Of a stretch of 64,000 nucleotides of DNA, positions 1 through 9,645 are shown in pieces (position 1 is the first letter of the stretch; each line of letters begins with the position of its first letter). Origin of the DNA: an uncultured Asticcacaulis sp. (GTDB lineage: Bacteria; Pseudomonadota; Alphaproteobacteria; Caulobacterales; Caulobacteraceae); assembly GCA_936940865.1 (NCBI GenBank), contig CAKZJB010000081.1, positions 6,899-70,898 on the forward strand. Direction: 5' to 3'. A model generated the notes under the pieces. The model was not told the DNA's origin, ran no database searches, and worked only from the letters and a program-made list of their open reading frames with translations. Both the position numbers and the translations under genes were made by a program.

Positions 1-859
1 CGAGCGCACCGACGTCCTCGGCCAGCAGGCTGGCGTCGGCGCGGACCTGGCGCGACGTGCTTTCGATCGCGGCGGCGTTGGCGGACACGGCTTCGACCGT
101 GCCGCGCGCGAAGTCGAAGGCCTGGCTCACGGCGGACAGCGAGGTGCCTGTCTCGCCCGACTGGCCGGACATCGACTGCGCCATCTTGAGGTTGTTGGCG
201 CTGATGTCGTTAAGCGCGGCGAATTCGCGCGTCAGGGCACCCATGGTTTCCTGGATCTGGCGCGAGGCGACGCGCGTCTGTTCCGACAGCGCCTTGACCT
301 CGGTGGCGACGACGGCGAACCCCTTGCCGGCATCTCCGGCGCGCGCCGCCTCGATCGTGGCGTTGAGCGCCAGAAGGTTGGTATTGGCGGCAATGGTTTC
401 GATCGACTTGGCGATGGCGTCGACGCTGCCCAGCGATTTTTCCAGGCTGGCGATATTGGCCATGGCGTTTTCGGCGCTCTGCACCCAGGCCTGCATGGCC
501 TGCATGGTGCCTTCGACGCGTTCGCGCGTCTGGCGGGCGGACGCTTCCAGGGCCGCCTCGGCCTGGCGGGCGGTGGCGACGACGTCGGCATTCTGTTGCG
601 CCACCAGTTCGGCCGCCTCGGCCAGCTCGTGCAACTTGGCGACCTGGCCGGCATGCCGCGCCACCACATCGTCGATGGTGCCGGCGACCGACACCAGTTC
701 GAGGCCGAGCGACCCGCCGATCTCGGAAATGGTGGCGATGACCTTGCGGAGTTTCTCAGCGGACTCGTCGACAACCGGAGGCGTGTCTACGGCGCGCAAC
801 TCATGCACCGGCTCTGCGACCGGCGCGATCGCCGCCGCGGAACGGGATCGGAAAAGCAT
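1..859 (-). CDS. Soluble methyl-accepting chemotaxis protein, N-terminal part only (gene runs off the left window edge)
   Basis: The minus frame from ATG 859..857 reads [10 protein letters not shown]...[44 protein letters not shown], the invariant MCP signalling hairpin. No TM segment precedes it. It is absent from the ORF track because it has no stop in the window; ORF 57..929(+) is its antisense shadow. Confidence 0.85.
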   Translation of the reverse strand, partial: MLFRSRSAAAIAPVAEPVHELRAVDTPPVVDESAEKLRKVIATISEIGGSLGLELVSVAGTIDDVVARHAGQVAKLHELAEAAELVAQQNADVVATARQAEAALEASARQTRERVEGTMQAMQAWVQSAENAMANIASLEKSLGSVDAIAKSIETIAANTNLLALNATIEAARAGDAGKGFAVVATEVKALSEQTRVASRQIQETMGALTREFAALNDISANNLKMAQSMSGQSGETGTSLSAVSQAFDFARGTVEAVSANAAAIESTSRQVRADASLLAEDVGAL

Positions 860-975
860 CGATTTTAAGCCCTGTCGAAGTCTGGATCGTTGCCGCGACA
901 GTATCGCCGTCACGGCTAACAATTCCTGAACGTCAAGCTATTCTTTCCGGGCTTTTCAACCGTCTCTTTTGGAGA

Positions 976-2010
976 TTACGCCTTTAGCCCGTGGCGTTCC
1001 ATGAAGGCCAGGGCGGTCAGCGCCCAGGGCTGGATATTGCCCGCCTTGTCACGCAGGGGGAAGCCGTGGGTGGCGCCTTCATAGAGGTGCAGTTCCGAGG
1101 AAATTTTCTGCGCCTTCAGGGCTTCGAACATCAGGATGGCATTGTGCATCGGCACGACAGGATCGTCTGTCGTGGCGCAGACGAAGGTCGGCGGGGCGTC
1201 GGCGGGCACGTGCTGCTCGACCGAAGCGCGCTTGCGCTGTTCGTCGGTCGGATTGCGGCCGATCAGTTCGTTGACCGAGCCGACATGCTCATACGGCAGG
1301 GTCGCCGTTACCACCGGATAGCACATGGCCACGACGGTCGGCCTGGCCGACAGGGCATCGACCGCGTCGATCGGTGGATAGGAAACCTCGGCGAAACGCG
1401 TCGCCGCCAGCCCCGCAACATGGCCGCCGGCCGAGAAGCCCGCAACGCCGATTCGCGCCGGATCGAGGCCGAATTCGGCGCTTTTCGAACGGATCAGGCG
1501 GATGGCGCGCTGCACGTCCTGCAGCGCCACGTCGGGGCCCGCCGCCCAGTTGTCGCCCGGCAGGCGGTAATCCATGGTGAAGACGGTATAGCCGAGCCCC
1601 GCCAGCCAGGCATCGATGTCGCTGCCGGCCCTGGACACGGCGACGCGGACATAGCCGCCGCCCGGGGCGATCAGGATCGCGCCGCCGTTGGGCTTATCGG
1701 GCTTGCGCACGGTCAGCCAGGGCTTGCGCACGTGGTAATAGGCCGTGTCGTTGGGATCGCCGCCGGCATGGCGCAACACGACCTTTTCGTCGACCGTGAC
1801 GTTTTCACCGCCAGGGGGATTGCCGGGCCAGATGTCCATGGACGGCAGCGGCGGCCTGACGCCCGGCCCGGAGGCCGGCGCAAGGGGCAGGCCTTCCTGT
1901 TGCGAATTCTGGGCATTGCTCTGCCCGGTCTGCGCTCTTGCCAGTCCCGGCAGGGCGGCGAGCATGGCGGTAAAGCCCATCACGGTACGGCGGTCGAACA
2001 TGGGTGGCAT
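976..2010 (-). CDS. Secreted alpha/beta-hydrolase (fold-3 esterase/lipase type)
   Basis: 344-aa ORF with ATG at 2010. It has a signal peptide with RR (MPPMFDRRTVMGFTAMLAALPGLARA), an IAPGGGYV oxyanion region and the nucleophile elbow GFSAGGH. Confidence 0.75.
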   Translation of the reverse strand: MPPMFDRRTVMGFTAMLAALPGLARAQTGQSNAQNSQQEGLPLAPASGPGVRPPLPSMDIWPGNPPGGENVTVDEKVVLRHAGGDPNDTAYYHVRKPWLTVRKPDKPNGGAILIAPGGGYVRVAVSRAGSDIDAWLAGLGYTVFTMDYRLPGDNWAAGPDVALQDVQRAIRLIRSKSAEFGLDPARIGVAGFSAGGHVAGLAATRFAEVSYPPIDAVDALSARPTVVAMCYPVVTATLPYEHVGSVNELIGRNPTDEQRKRASVEQHVPADAPPTFVCATTDDPVVPMHNAILMFEALKAQKISSELHLYEGATHGFPLRDKAGNIQPWALTALAFMERHGLKA

Positions 2011-2125
2011 CCCTGGATGATCGTTGGCGCTTTATTCTGCGCGATTATGCGCAGGAGTAGTGCATGTCAGGAGACACGCACGCAAGGGCCGAAACCGTCG
2101 GTCGGGAAGAAAAAAGCCGTATTAT

Positions 2126-2154
2126 ACCTCCCCGTCGCGCGGCGATGGGGAGGT
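2126..2154. repeat. Hairpin ACCTCCCC-N13-GGGGAGGT, a member of the GGGGAGGTGCAAG repeat word
   Basis: Inverted repeat read directly. The same word recurs at 5971-5983 and inverted at 5998-6010. It lies between the fadB stop and the esterase start. Confidence 0.5.
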
Positions 2155-2162
2155 GCAAGGAC

Positions 2163-4385
2163 TTACGCCGCCTTGGCCGCCTCTGTCTTGCCAAACCGCG
2201 AATAGAAGGTCTCGCCCTTTGCCGCCATATCGCGCAGCAGCTGCGGCGCCTTGAAGCGCTCGCCGTAGGCCTTTTCCATGCGATCGAGTTCGGCGACGAA
2301 CTCTTTGATCCCGATCGCGTCCATCAGCGACACGATCCCGCCCGACCACGGCGCGAAGCCCCAGCCAAGGATCGAGCCGACATCGGCCTCGCGCGGATCG
2401 GTGATCACGCCTTCTTCGAAGCAGCGCGCGGCCGTCACGGCCTGGACGTACAGCAGGCGCTTCTTCAATTCCTCGACCGTCTTCGGATCGGCTTCGGTGA
2501 GCGTCGCCGGGAACATCGACTTGGTGCCCTCCCACAGCGTCTTCTGGCCGCCCTTGTCGGCCGGATAGTCGTAGAAGCCCTTGCCGTTCTTGCGGCCGTA
2601 ACGGCCGTCGGCGACCATCCGGGCCACTTCCTTTTCGCCCGGGATCGGCTTGTAGTTGGCGCCTTCGGCCTTGGCGGTCTCGGCCGTGATCTTGACCATC
2701 AGGTCCAGCGCCACGTCGTCGAGCATTTCCAGCGGCCCGCGCGGCATGCCGGTCATGCGGCCGACATTATCGACGATGGCGGGCGCTATACCTTCGGCCC
2801 ACATCATCATGCCTTCGGCGGTGAACGGAATGAAACAGCGGTTCGCGAAGAAGCCACGGGAATCGTTCACCACCACCGGCGTCTTCTTGATCTTCAGCGC
2901 GTAATCGATCGCCTTGGCGACCGTCTCGTCCGAAGTGTGCTCGCCGCGGATGATCTCGACCAGCATCATCTTGTCGACCGGCGAGAAGAAGTGGATGCCG
3001 ATGAACTTGTCGGCCTTTTGCGACGCCTTGGCCAAAAGCGAAATCGGAATGGTCGAGGTGTTGGAGCCGAACATGGCGGTGTCGGCCTTGGCGCCCTTAT
3101 AGAGGCGCGCCTCGGCGTCCTTGGTCACCTTTTCCTTGAGTTCGGTATTCTCGAACACGGCTTCGACCACCAGATCGGCGCCTTCGATCGCCGCATAGTC
3201 CGGCGTGGCGGTGATCAGGGCCAGGATGCCTTGCGCTTTTTCCGGCGTCATCTTGCCGCGCGACACCTGCTTCTTCAGAAGATCCTCGCAGTGCGCCTTG
3301 CCCTTGTCGGCCGACTCCTGATCGCGGTCGATCAGGATGGTTTCGATGCCCGCCATGGCCTGGACGTAGGCGATGCCCGCCCCCATCATGCCGGCGCCGA
3401 GGATGGCGACCTTGCCGAAATCGGCTTTCGCTACGCCCGCCGGACGGCCGGAGCCCTTGCCCAGCGCCTGCATCGAGAAGAAGAAGGTGCGGATCATCGC
3501 CTTGGCCTGCGGGGTCGCCAGGGTCTTGCAGAAGAAACGCGTCTCGACCCTGATCGCCGTGTCGAACGGCAGTTGCAGGCCCTCGTAGACCGAGTGCATC
3601 AGGTTCAGCACGGCCGGATAGTTGCCGTAGGACTGCTTGCGCAGCAGCGCATTGCCGGCCATGAAGACCTGCGCGCCCGTGGGGTGATAGGGACCGCCGC
3701 CGGGGATCTTGAAATCCTTCTTGTCCCAGCGCGCGACCGCGTCGCCCTTGGTCTTGATCCAGGTCTTGGCGGCTTCGACCACCTTGTCGTCGTCGGTGAC
3801 CTCATCGACGATGCCGGCGCCGAGCGCTTCCTGCGGCTTGAACGACTTGCCTTCCGACATGGCCATCAGAGCCGCTTGCGCACCGATCAGGCGCGGCAGG
3901 CGTTGCGAGCCGCCGCCGCCGGGGAACAGGCCGATCTTGACCTCGGGCAGGCCGACCTGGACCTTGGGGCCGTTCGACAGCACGCGGTAATGGCAGGCCA
4001 GGGACAGTTCCAACCCGCCGCCGAGCGCCAGGCCGTTGATGGCGACCGCCACCGGCTTGCCGCAGGTTTCGAGCAGGCGATAGACGCGGTTCATCTCAAA
4101 GGCAGCGTCGAAATTGGCCTTGAGCAAGGCTTCGCCGGTCAGGCCCGCCGAGGTTTCCCAGGCGCCGCCGATCATTTCTTCCAGGTCGGCGCCGGCGCAG
4201 AAGCCCGTCGTCTTGCCGGACGTGATGACCACGCCCTTGATTTCAGGTTCCGCCTTGGCGCGGGCGGCGATCGCTTCGACGTCGGCCAGAGCCGACTTGG
4301 TGAAGGTGTTCATCGTCTTGCCCGGCACGTCGAAGGTGCAGAGCAGGATGCCGTCGGCGTCGAGTTCGGTCTTGAAGTTTTCCAT
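2163..4385 (-). CDS. fadB: Fatty-acid oxidation multifunctional protein (enoyl-CoA hydratase / 3-hydroxyacyl-CoA dehydrogenase)
   Basis: 740 aa. N-terminal crotonase motif [15 protein letters not shown], central Rossmann motif [14 protein letters not shown], and a 3HCDH C-terminal region. A thiolase gene lies directly upstream on the same strand. Confidence 0.9.
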   Translation of the reverse strand: MENFKTELDADGILLCTFDVPGKTMNTFTKSALADVEAIAARAKAEPEIKGVVITSGKTTGFCAGADLEEMIGGAWETSAGLTGEALLKANFDAAFEMNRVYRLLETCGKPVAVAINGLALGGGLELSLACHYRVLSNGPKVQVGLPEVKIGLFPGGGGSQRLPRLIGAQAALMAMSEGKSFKPQEALGAGIVDEVTDDDKVVEAAKTWIKTKGDAVARWDKKDFKIPGGGPYHPTGAQVFMAGNALLRKQSYGNYPAVLNLMHSVYEGLQLPFDTAIRVETRFFCKTLATPQAKAMIRTFFFSMQALGKGSGRPAGVAKADFGKVAILGAGMMGAGIAYVQAMAGIETILIDRDQESADKGKAHCEDLLKKQVSRGKMTPEKAQGILALITATPDYAAIEGADLVVEAVFENTELKEKVTKDAEARLYKGAKADTAMFGSNTSTIPISLLAKASQKADKFIGIHFFSPVDKMMLVEIIRGEHTSDETVAKAIDYALKIKKTPVVVNDSRGFFANRCFIPFTAEGMMMWAEGIAPAIVDNVGRMTGMPRGPLEMLDDVALDLMVKITAETAKAEGANYKPIPGEKEVARMVADGRYGRKNGKGFYDYPADKGGQKTLWEGTKSMFPATLTEADPKTVEELKKRLLYVQAVTAARCFEEGVITDPREADVGSILGWGFAPWSGGIVSLMDAIGIKEFVAELDRMEKAYGERFKAPQLLRDMAAKGETFYSRFGKTEAAKAA

Positions 4386-4409
4386 GGTCTTTTCTCCCTC
4401 TTCGCCCGA

Positions 4410-5627
4410 TTACACGCGCTCGATCACAGTGGCGGTGGCCATGCCGCCGCCGACGCACAGGACCGCCAGGCCCGTCGATTTACCCGTCCGTTCCAGTTCG
4501 TCGACCAGGGTCCCCAGGATCATGGCGCCGGTGGCGCCCAGCGGATGGCCCATGGCGATGGCGCCGCCGCACGGGTTCAGCTTGTCGTGCGGGATGTCCA
4601 AAGCCTGCATGTAGCGCAGGACGACCGAGGCGAAGGCTTCGTTGAGTTCATAGATATCGATGTCCGAGACCGTCATGCCGAGCTTCTTCAGAAGTTTCTC
4701 GGTGGCAAACGACGGGCCGGTCAGCATGATCGACGGCTCCGAGCCGATCGAGGCGGTGCCGAGGATACGCGCGCGGGGCTTGAGGCCGGTGATTTTGCCG
4801 GCCTCCGTCGAACCCACCAGGACGGCGGCCGAGCCGTCGACGATCGACGACGAATTGCCCGGCGTATGGACGTGGTTGACGCGCTCGACTTCGGGATAAC
4901 GCTGCTGGATGACCGAGTCGAAGGCCATTTCGCCGAAGGCCTGGAAGGAGGGGTTAAGGCTACCGAGCGACTGCATGTCGGTATTGGGGCGGATCGATTC
5001 GTCGTGGTCGAGCGCGGTGACGCCCATCTGGTCCTTGATCGACAGGACAGATTTTTTGAAGCGGCCTTCCGCCCAGGACCGGGCCGCGCGTTTGTGGCTT
5101 TCGACGGCAAAGGCGTCGCAGTCGGCGCGCGTAAAGCCCCATTTCGACGCGATCATGTCGGCCGAAATGCCCTGCGGCACGAAATATTGCGGAAAGGCCG
5201 CGGCGACGTCGATCGCCCAGGCGCCGCCGTCGGAGCCCATGGGCACGCGACTCATGCACTCGACGCCGCCGCCGATCGCCATGGTGGCTTCGCCCGACAC
5301 CACCTTGGCGGCGGCGATATTGACGGCCTCCAGGCCCGAGGCGCAAAAGCGGTTGACCTGCGCGCCGGCGGTATATTGGTCATAGCCCGCCGCCAGGACC
5401 GCGGCGCGGGCAATGTCCCCGCCCTGCTCACCCACCGGCGTCACGCAGCCCCAGGTCACGTCGTCGACGAGCGTCGTATCGAGCCCGTTGCGGTCGCGTA
5501 AGCCGGCCAGCACCTGCGCCGACAGGTCGAGCGCCGTGATCTGATGCAGGCTTCCGTCCTTCTTGCCCTTGCCGCGCGGGCTTCGCACGTGGTCGTAGAT
5601 ATAGGCTGAATTTTCAGGGGTCGGCAT
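4410..5627 (-). CDS. fadA: Acetyl-CoA C-acyltransferase (3-ketoacyl-CoA thiolase)
   Basis: Thiolase signatures [10 protein letters not shown] (active-site Cys) and C-terminal [10 protein letters not shown] chose the start at ATG 5627 (GGAGGA about 10 nt upstream; [25 protein letters not shown] looks like a thiolase N-terminus) rather than the track start at 5669. Confidence 0.9.
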   Translation of the reverse strand: MPTPENSAYIYDHVRSPRGKGKKDGSLHQITALDLSAQVLAGLRDRNGLDTTLVDDVTWGCVTPVGEQGGDIARAAVLAAGYDQYTAGAQVNRFCASGLEAVNIAAAKVVSGEATMAIGGGVECMSRVPMGSDGGAWAIDVAAAFPQYFVPQGISADMIASKWGFTRADCDAFAVESHKRAARSWAEGRFKKSVLSIKDQMGVTALDHDESIRPNTDMQSLGSLNPSFQAFGEMAFDSVIQQRYPEVERVNHVHTPGNSSSIVDGSAAVLVGSTEAGKITGLKPRARILGTASIGSEPSIMLTGPSFATEKLLKKLGMTVSDIDIYELNEAFASVVLRYMQALDIPHDKLNPCGGAIAMGHPLGATGAMILGTLVDELERTGKSTGLAVLCVGGGMATATVIERV

Positions 5628-5684
5628 GGGGTCTGAATCCTCCGGCAGGTACGCCTTGTTATGCTGCACGCTATGTGCGCGATG

Positions 5685-5700
5685 TTTACGCGAACGTCAA
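5685..5700 (-). promoter_or_regulatory. Palindromic operator TTGACGTTCGCGTAAA (minus strand) upstream of fadAB, overlapping a TTGACG -35-like hexamer
   Basis: 14 of 16 positions match TTGACGTTAACGTAAA at 45008-45023, upstream of the acyl-CoA dehydrogenase. The half-sites TTGACG and CGTAAA form an inverted repeat. Confidence 0.45.
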
Positions 5701-5769
5701 GATAACGGGCAAAATATAATGGGACGTAAAGTCAACTTAGTGTGAGTCCGAGCGCGGGGCAAAATGGGT

Positions 5770-6165
5770 TTGCCCCTTCCGTCACTCGCTTCGCTCGCGC
5801 CACCTTCCCCGCTTCGCAGGGAAGGAATTAATCGTCCCAAACTCCCTTCCTTCCCTGCGCAGCTATCATGTTCACACATCTACATTTCCAGCGGCGATGG
5901 CTTCGTGGCCAGGATGCGCTCGCCGGTAGTAAAGCAAGAAACCCCACCACCATCCCCATTCGTTCCGAACGGGGAGGTGCAAGAACCGCGCAAACGCTTG
6001 TACCTCCCCGTTTTCGTAGAAAATGGGGAGGGGGACCGCCCGGAGCGCAAGCGTAGGTGGTGGGGTTTCTTGCTTTCTTTCGACCCACGTAAATGTGTGA
6101 ATCCGATAGCCCTGCGCAGCGGGGAAGATTGCTGCGAAGCGCAGCGAAGCAGACGGAAGGGGCGT
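5770..6165. repeat. About 400-bp nested palindromic (MITE/REP-like) element
   Basis: Outer arms GCCCCTTCCGTC..CCTTCCCCGCTTCGCAGGG (5771-5825) pair with 6110-6162. Middle arms TTCACACATCTACAT (5870s) pair with ATGTGTGAA (6090s). Inner arms AAAGCAAGAAACCCCACCACC (5931-5951) and GGTGGTGGGGTTTCTTGCTTT (6055-6075) are a perfect 21-bp pair. The core hairpin is GGGGAGGTGCAAG/CTTGTACCTCCCC. Confidence 0.7.
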
Positions 6166-6327
6166 CACCGGCATAATAACCCGCACCAGTCGCATCCATA
6201 CGGGAAAACATAACGTGGTTCATGGCGGAAAATTGGGGCTCGAGCGTCTGGATATATTATAGTACAATTTTCTTGACCTCTGGCGCCCGTGCGCCTAGGT
6301 CAAGGGGGCGACACGAGGACTTTCCAG

Positions 6328-7512
6328 ATGAATACCATGCCGGCTTCGAGCACCTTCACGACCAAGGGCGCCGCCCTCACCCGCATCGAGACCTTCGCCG
6401 TTCCGCCGCGCTGGCTGTTCGTCCGCGTCGAGACCGCCGACGGCGCCGTCGGCTGGGGCGAAGCGTCGCTGGAAGGCCATACCGAAGCCGTCGAAGCGAC
6501 CTTCGCCGAGATCCGCGAGCGCTTTCTGGGTCACGATTCCAGCCGCATCGAGGACATGTGGCAGACCTTCCATCGCCTCGGCTTCTATCGCGGCGGGCCG
6601 GTGCTGATGTCGGCCCTGTCGGGCTTCGACCAGGCGCTGTGGGACCTCAAGGGCAAGCGCTTCGGCGTGCCGGTGTGGGAACTGCTGGGCGGGCGCGTGC
6701 GCGACCGCGTCCAGGTCTATGCCTGGATCGGCGGCGACCGTCCGTCCGACGTGGTCGACGCCGCCAAGGCCCGCATCGCCCAGGGCTTCAACGCCATCAA
6801 GATGAACGCCAGCGAGGACATGGCGTGGCTCGACTCGCCCAAGGTCATCGACGGCGTGCTGGAACGTGCCACCTCGGTCCAGGCGCTGGGCCTCGACGTC
6901 GGCCTCGACTTCCATGGCCGCGTGCACAAGCCGATGGCCAAGCAGCTGGCGCACGCGCTTGAACCCATTCGCCCGCTGTTCATCGAGGAGCCGCTTCTTT
7001 CCGAACATCCCGAAGGCATCGCGCAATTGTCGAAGCTGACGACGACGCCGATCGCGCTGGGGGAACGCCTCTACAGCCGCTGGGACTTCAAGCCCTTCTT
7101 CGAGGCGGCCTCTGTCGACATCATCCAGCCAGACCTCAGCCACGCCGGCGGCATTTCCGAGGTCCGCCGCATCGCCGCCATGGCCGAGGCCTACGACGTC
7201 TCGGTCGCGCCGCACTGCCCGCTGGGCCCCCTGGCTTTGGGCGCTTGCATGCAACTGGCCATCGCCACGCCAAACCACGTCATCCAGGAAATGTCGCTGG
7301 GCATCCACTACAACACCAACGGCCACGACCTGCTGACCTATATGAAGAACCCGGAAGTGTTCGACGTGAAGGACGGCTATGTCGAGGCGCTCAATGGTCC
7401 TGGCCTCGGCATCGAGATCGACGAGGACAAGGTGCGCGAACTGGCCAAGGACTGCCCGCCATGGCGCAATCCGGCCTGGCGCGGCGCGGACGGCTATGTG
7501 CGGGAGTGGTAG
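6328..7512 (+). CDS. dgoD: D-galactonate dehydratase
   Basis: Close match along its length to E. coli DgoD as I remember it (PPRW.F..ETADG.VGWGE, GFYRGGP, LDFHGRVHKPMAK, FIEEP, QPDLSHAGGI, APHCPLGP, PPWRNPAWR..DG.V.EW). Start at ATG 6328 with GAGGA 8 nt upstream. Confidence 0.9.
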   Translation: MNTMPASSTFTTKGAALTRIETFAVPPRWLFVRVETADGAVGWGEASLEGHTEAVEATFAEIRERFLGHDSSRIEDMWQTFHRLGFYRGGPVLMSALSGFDQALWDLKGKRFGVPVWELLGGRVRDRVQVYAWIGGDRPSDVVDAAKARIAQGFNAIKMNASEDMAWLDSPKVIDGVLERATSVQALGLDVGLDFHGRVHKPMAKQLAHALEPIRPLFIEEPLLSEHPEGIAQLSKLTTTPIALGERLYSRWDFKPFFEAASVDIIQPDLSHAGGISEVRRIAAMAEAYDVSVAPHCPLGPLALGACMQLAIATPNHVIQEMSLGIHYNTNGHDLLTYMKNPEVFDVKDGYVEALNGPGLGIEIDEDKVRELAKDCPPWRNPAWRGADGYVREW

Positions 7513-7565
7513 GACGACGATCGTACTGCGCACGGTTCTGACCGGGCATAATTGAAGCACTTCGC

Positions 7566-7790
7566 CCTCCCTGCTTGCGGGGTGAGCGAGGCGAAAATAT
7601 AGTTTTCGCCGGCGAAGGGACCACGCGGAGCGTGGTGGGCGGGGTGTTCTAGTAGGTGTACCAAGCGCCGAATTGGCCAATAGATAACAATTCGTCAGCT
7701 ATGGAAGAAGAGCCCCGCCCACCGCCTTCGGCGGTCCCTTCGCCGGCGAAAGCTATACTTTCGCCTGGCTCACCCCATAAATGGGGCAGG
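7566..7790. repeat. About 225-bp palindromic element with 65-bp arms
   Basis: The left arm 7579-7644 (GGGGTGAGCGAGGCGAAAATATAGTTTTCGCCGGCGAAGGGACC...GGGCGGGG) is the near-exact reverse complement of the right arm 7713-7776. It sits between dgoD and the lactonase gene. Confidence 0.7.
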
Positions 7791-7827
7791 GCCAAGACAA
7801 AGCACCAGACTTCGGGAGAGAAGCAAA

Positions 7828-8691
7828 ATGCCAGATATCATCCGCCGTTCACCGCCGGGCGCCCTTTTGGGCGAAGGTCCGCTGTGGTCGCGCCGCGACA
7901 ACTGCGTCTACTGGGTCGATATCCTCGGCAACAAGCTGCATGCCTGGTACCTCGACAACAGCGCGCGCACCTGGAACTTTCCCGAACACGTCACCTGGGT
8001 CATCGAGCGCGAACAGGGCGGTTTCATCGCCGGCCTTATGAGCGGCTTCGCCGAGGTCACGCTCGATCCGCTGACCATCAAGCATATCGCCACCCCCTAC
8101 CCGCACGAGCCGGAAAACCGGCTGAACGACGCCAAGGCCGACGATCGCGGCCGCATCTGGGCGGGGTCGATGCACAAGCCGATCGAGAAGACTTCCGGCG
8201 CCTTTTATCGCCTCAATGTCGACCTGACCGTTCAGGAAGTCGACGGCCCCTACAAGATCGCCAACGGCCCGGCCTTCGCCGCCGACCACCGCACGGTCTA
8301 CCACACCGACACCGATCTCGGCGAAGTCTACGTCTTCGATATCGACGACCAGGGCGAACTGACCAACAAGCGCCTGTTCATCAAGTTCACGGAGGATATG
8401 GGCGGTCCCGACGGCATGACGGCTGATGCGCAGGGCGGATTGTGGATCGCGCAATGGGGCCCCGGCCGCGTCACCCGCTTCAAGGCCGACGGGACGGAAG
8501 ACTTCCATATCGATTTGCCGGCCAAGCAGACGACCTCGCCGTGTTTCGCCGGCGAAAAACTCGACCGCCTGTTCGTCACTTCGGCGTCCGTCGGGCTTCC
8601 TGAAGATCGTGAAGCCGGGACACTGTTCGAAATCCCAAGTGAACTGTTGCGCGGCCATACCGGCCTTGAGCCGCAAAAGTTTAAGGGCTAG
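7828..8691 (+). CDS. SMP-30/gluconolactonase/LRE-family lactonase (probable galactonolactonase)
   Basis: 287 aa. N-terminus LGEGPLWS...VYWVDI, with DGMT.D..G.LW and six-blade propeller spacing. It is embedded in the dgo operon. RBS GGGAGAG. Confidence 0.8.
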   Translation: MPDIIRRSPPGALLGEGPLWSRRDNCVYWVDILGNKLHAWYLDNSARTWNFPEHVTWVIEREQGGFIAGLMSGFAEVTLDPLTIKHIATPYPHEPENRLNDAKADDRGRIWAGSMHKPIEKTSGAFYRLNVDLTVQEVDGPYKIANGPAFAADHRTVYHTDTDLGEVYVFDIDDQGELTNKRLFIKFTEDMGGPDGMTADAQGGLWIAQWGPGRVTRFKADGTEDFHIDLPAKQTTSPCFAGEKLDRLFVTSASVGLPEDREAGTLFEIPSELLRGHTGLEPQKFKG

Positions 8692-8733
8692 ATACCGCTA
8701 ACGTTTTTCTAGTCCCATAAGATGGATTCTTAA

Positions 8734-9645
8734 ATGACCGACAGCGCTCCCGCCCTCCTGGCCGCCGACTGGGGCACGACCAATTTCCGCCTGTTCCTGT
8801 TCGGGACCGACGGCGAAATCATCGCGCGCCACACCGCCAATATCGGGCTGAAGAACCTGGGCGTCCTCACCTTCGAACAGGCGCTGCTGTCGGTCATGAA
8901 GGAAGATTTCGCGCGTCCGGACCTGCCGATCCTGCTGTGCGGCATGGTCGGTTCGCGCACCGGCTGGCAGGAAGCGCCCTATGTTCACTGCCCCGCCGGC
9001 TTGCCCGAGATCGTCGCCGGCATCGTCACGGCGCCGTCCGACAAACTGCGCGCGAAGATCGTGCCCGGCCTGTCGGCCGAGGCCGACCACAAGGGCCTGC
9101 TCAACGTCATGCGCGGCGAAGAAACCCAGATCTACGGCCTGGCGTCGAAGGTCGGCGACTCCAGCTATGTCCTGCCCGGCACGCACTGCAAGTGGGCCCA
9201 GGTCGAAAACGGCATCGTTACCGGCTTCTCCAGCTACATGACCGGCGAAATGTTCCAGGTGCTGAAGCGCCACTCGATCCTCGGCGACCTGATGGAAGAC
9301 GATATCGACGATGAAGCCGCCTTCCTTTTGGGCGTCGACCGCGCGCTGGAAGACAAGTCCTTCCTGTCGCTGGTCTTCTCGGTACGCACCGAAGGCCTGT
9401 TCGGCCACATCCAGCCGGAAAGCCTGTCGTCGTATCTTTCGGGTCTGTTGATCGGGTCGGAAATTCGCGCCGAAATCGGCCGCCACGGCGTCCGCCCGGT
9501 CGGGCTGATCGGCGACGGCACCCTGGTCAATCTCTACGAACGCGCGCTGAAGCACACCGGCTTCACGCAGATTACCCGCCACGACGGCGACGATGCTTCG
9601 GCCGCCGGCCTGTGGGCCATGGCGCAACAAGGAAAACTGATATGA
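8734..9645 (+). CDS. dgoK: 2-dehydro-3-deoxygalactonokinase
   Basis: DgoK signatures ADWGTTNFR, GMVGSRTGWQEAPY, VMRGEETQIYG, LPGTHCKWAQV, MTGEMF, YLSGLLIGSE. Confidence 0.85.
   Translation: MTDSAPALLAADWGTTNFRLFLFGTDGEIIARHTANIGLKNLGVLTFEQALLSVMKEDFARPDLPILLCGMVGSRTGWQEAPYVHCPAGLPEIVAGIVTAPSDKLRAKIVPGLSAEADHKGLLNVMRGEETQIYGLASKVGDSSYVLPGTHCKWAQVENGIVTGFSSYMTGEMFQVLKRHSILGDLMEDDIDDEAAFLLGVDRALEDKSFLSLVFSVRTEGLFGHIQPESLSSYLSGLLIGSEIRAEIGRHGVRPVGLIGDGTLVNLYERALKHTGFTQITRHDGDDASAAGLWAMAQQGKLI

Noticed and set aside
57-929. 290-aa plus-strand ORF at the left edge
   Set aside because: It is the antisense shadow of the MCP gene, whose invariant signalling motif is read on the minus strand.
2064-5501. 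1145-aa plus-strand ORF, and similar long ORFs at 991-2205, 6295-7680, 16950-18080, 16990-18759, 25671-27374, 48069-49508, 57591-58928 and 61715-63217
   Set aside because: Each lies antisense to, or out of frame with, a gene carrying clear family signatures. Their translations are Arg/Ala/Gly/Pro-rich low-complexity strings, typical of stop-poor alternative frames in high-GC DNA.
5697-6223. Several 60-150-aa ORFs on both strands, and likewise 7656-8041, 22172-22690, 37283-37603 and 46787-46969
   Set aside because: They are translations of palindromic intergenic repeats (mirror-image ORFs on both strands; peptides such as IHRLHRFHRL). They have no RBS and no family resemblance.
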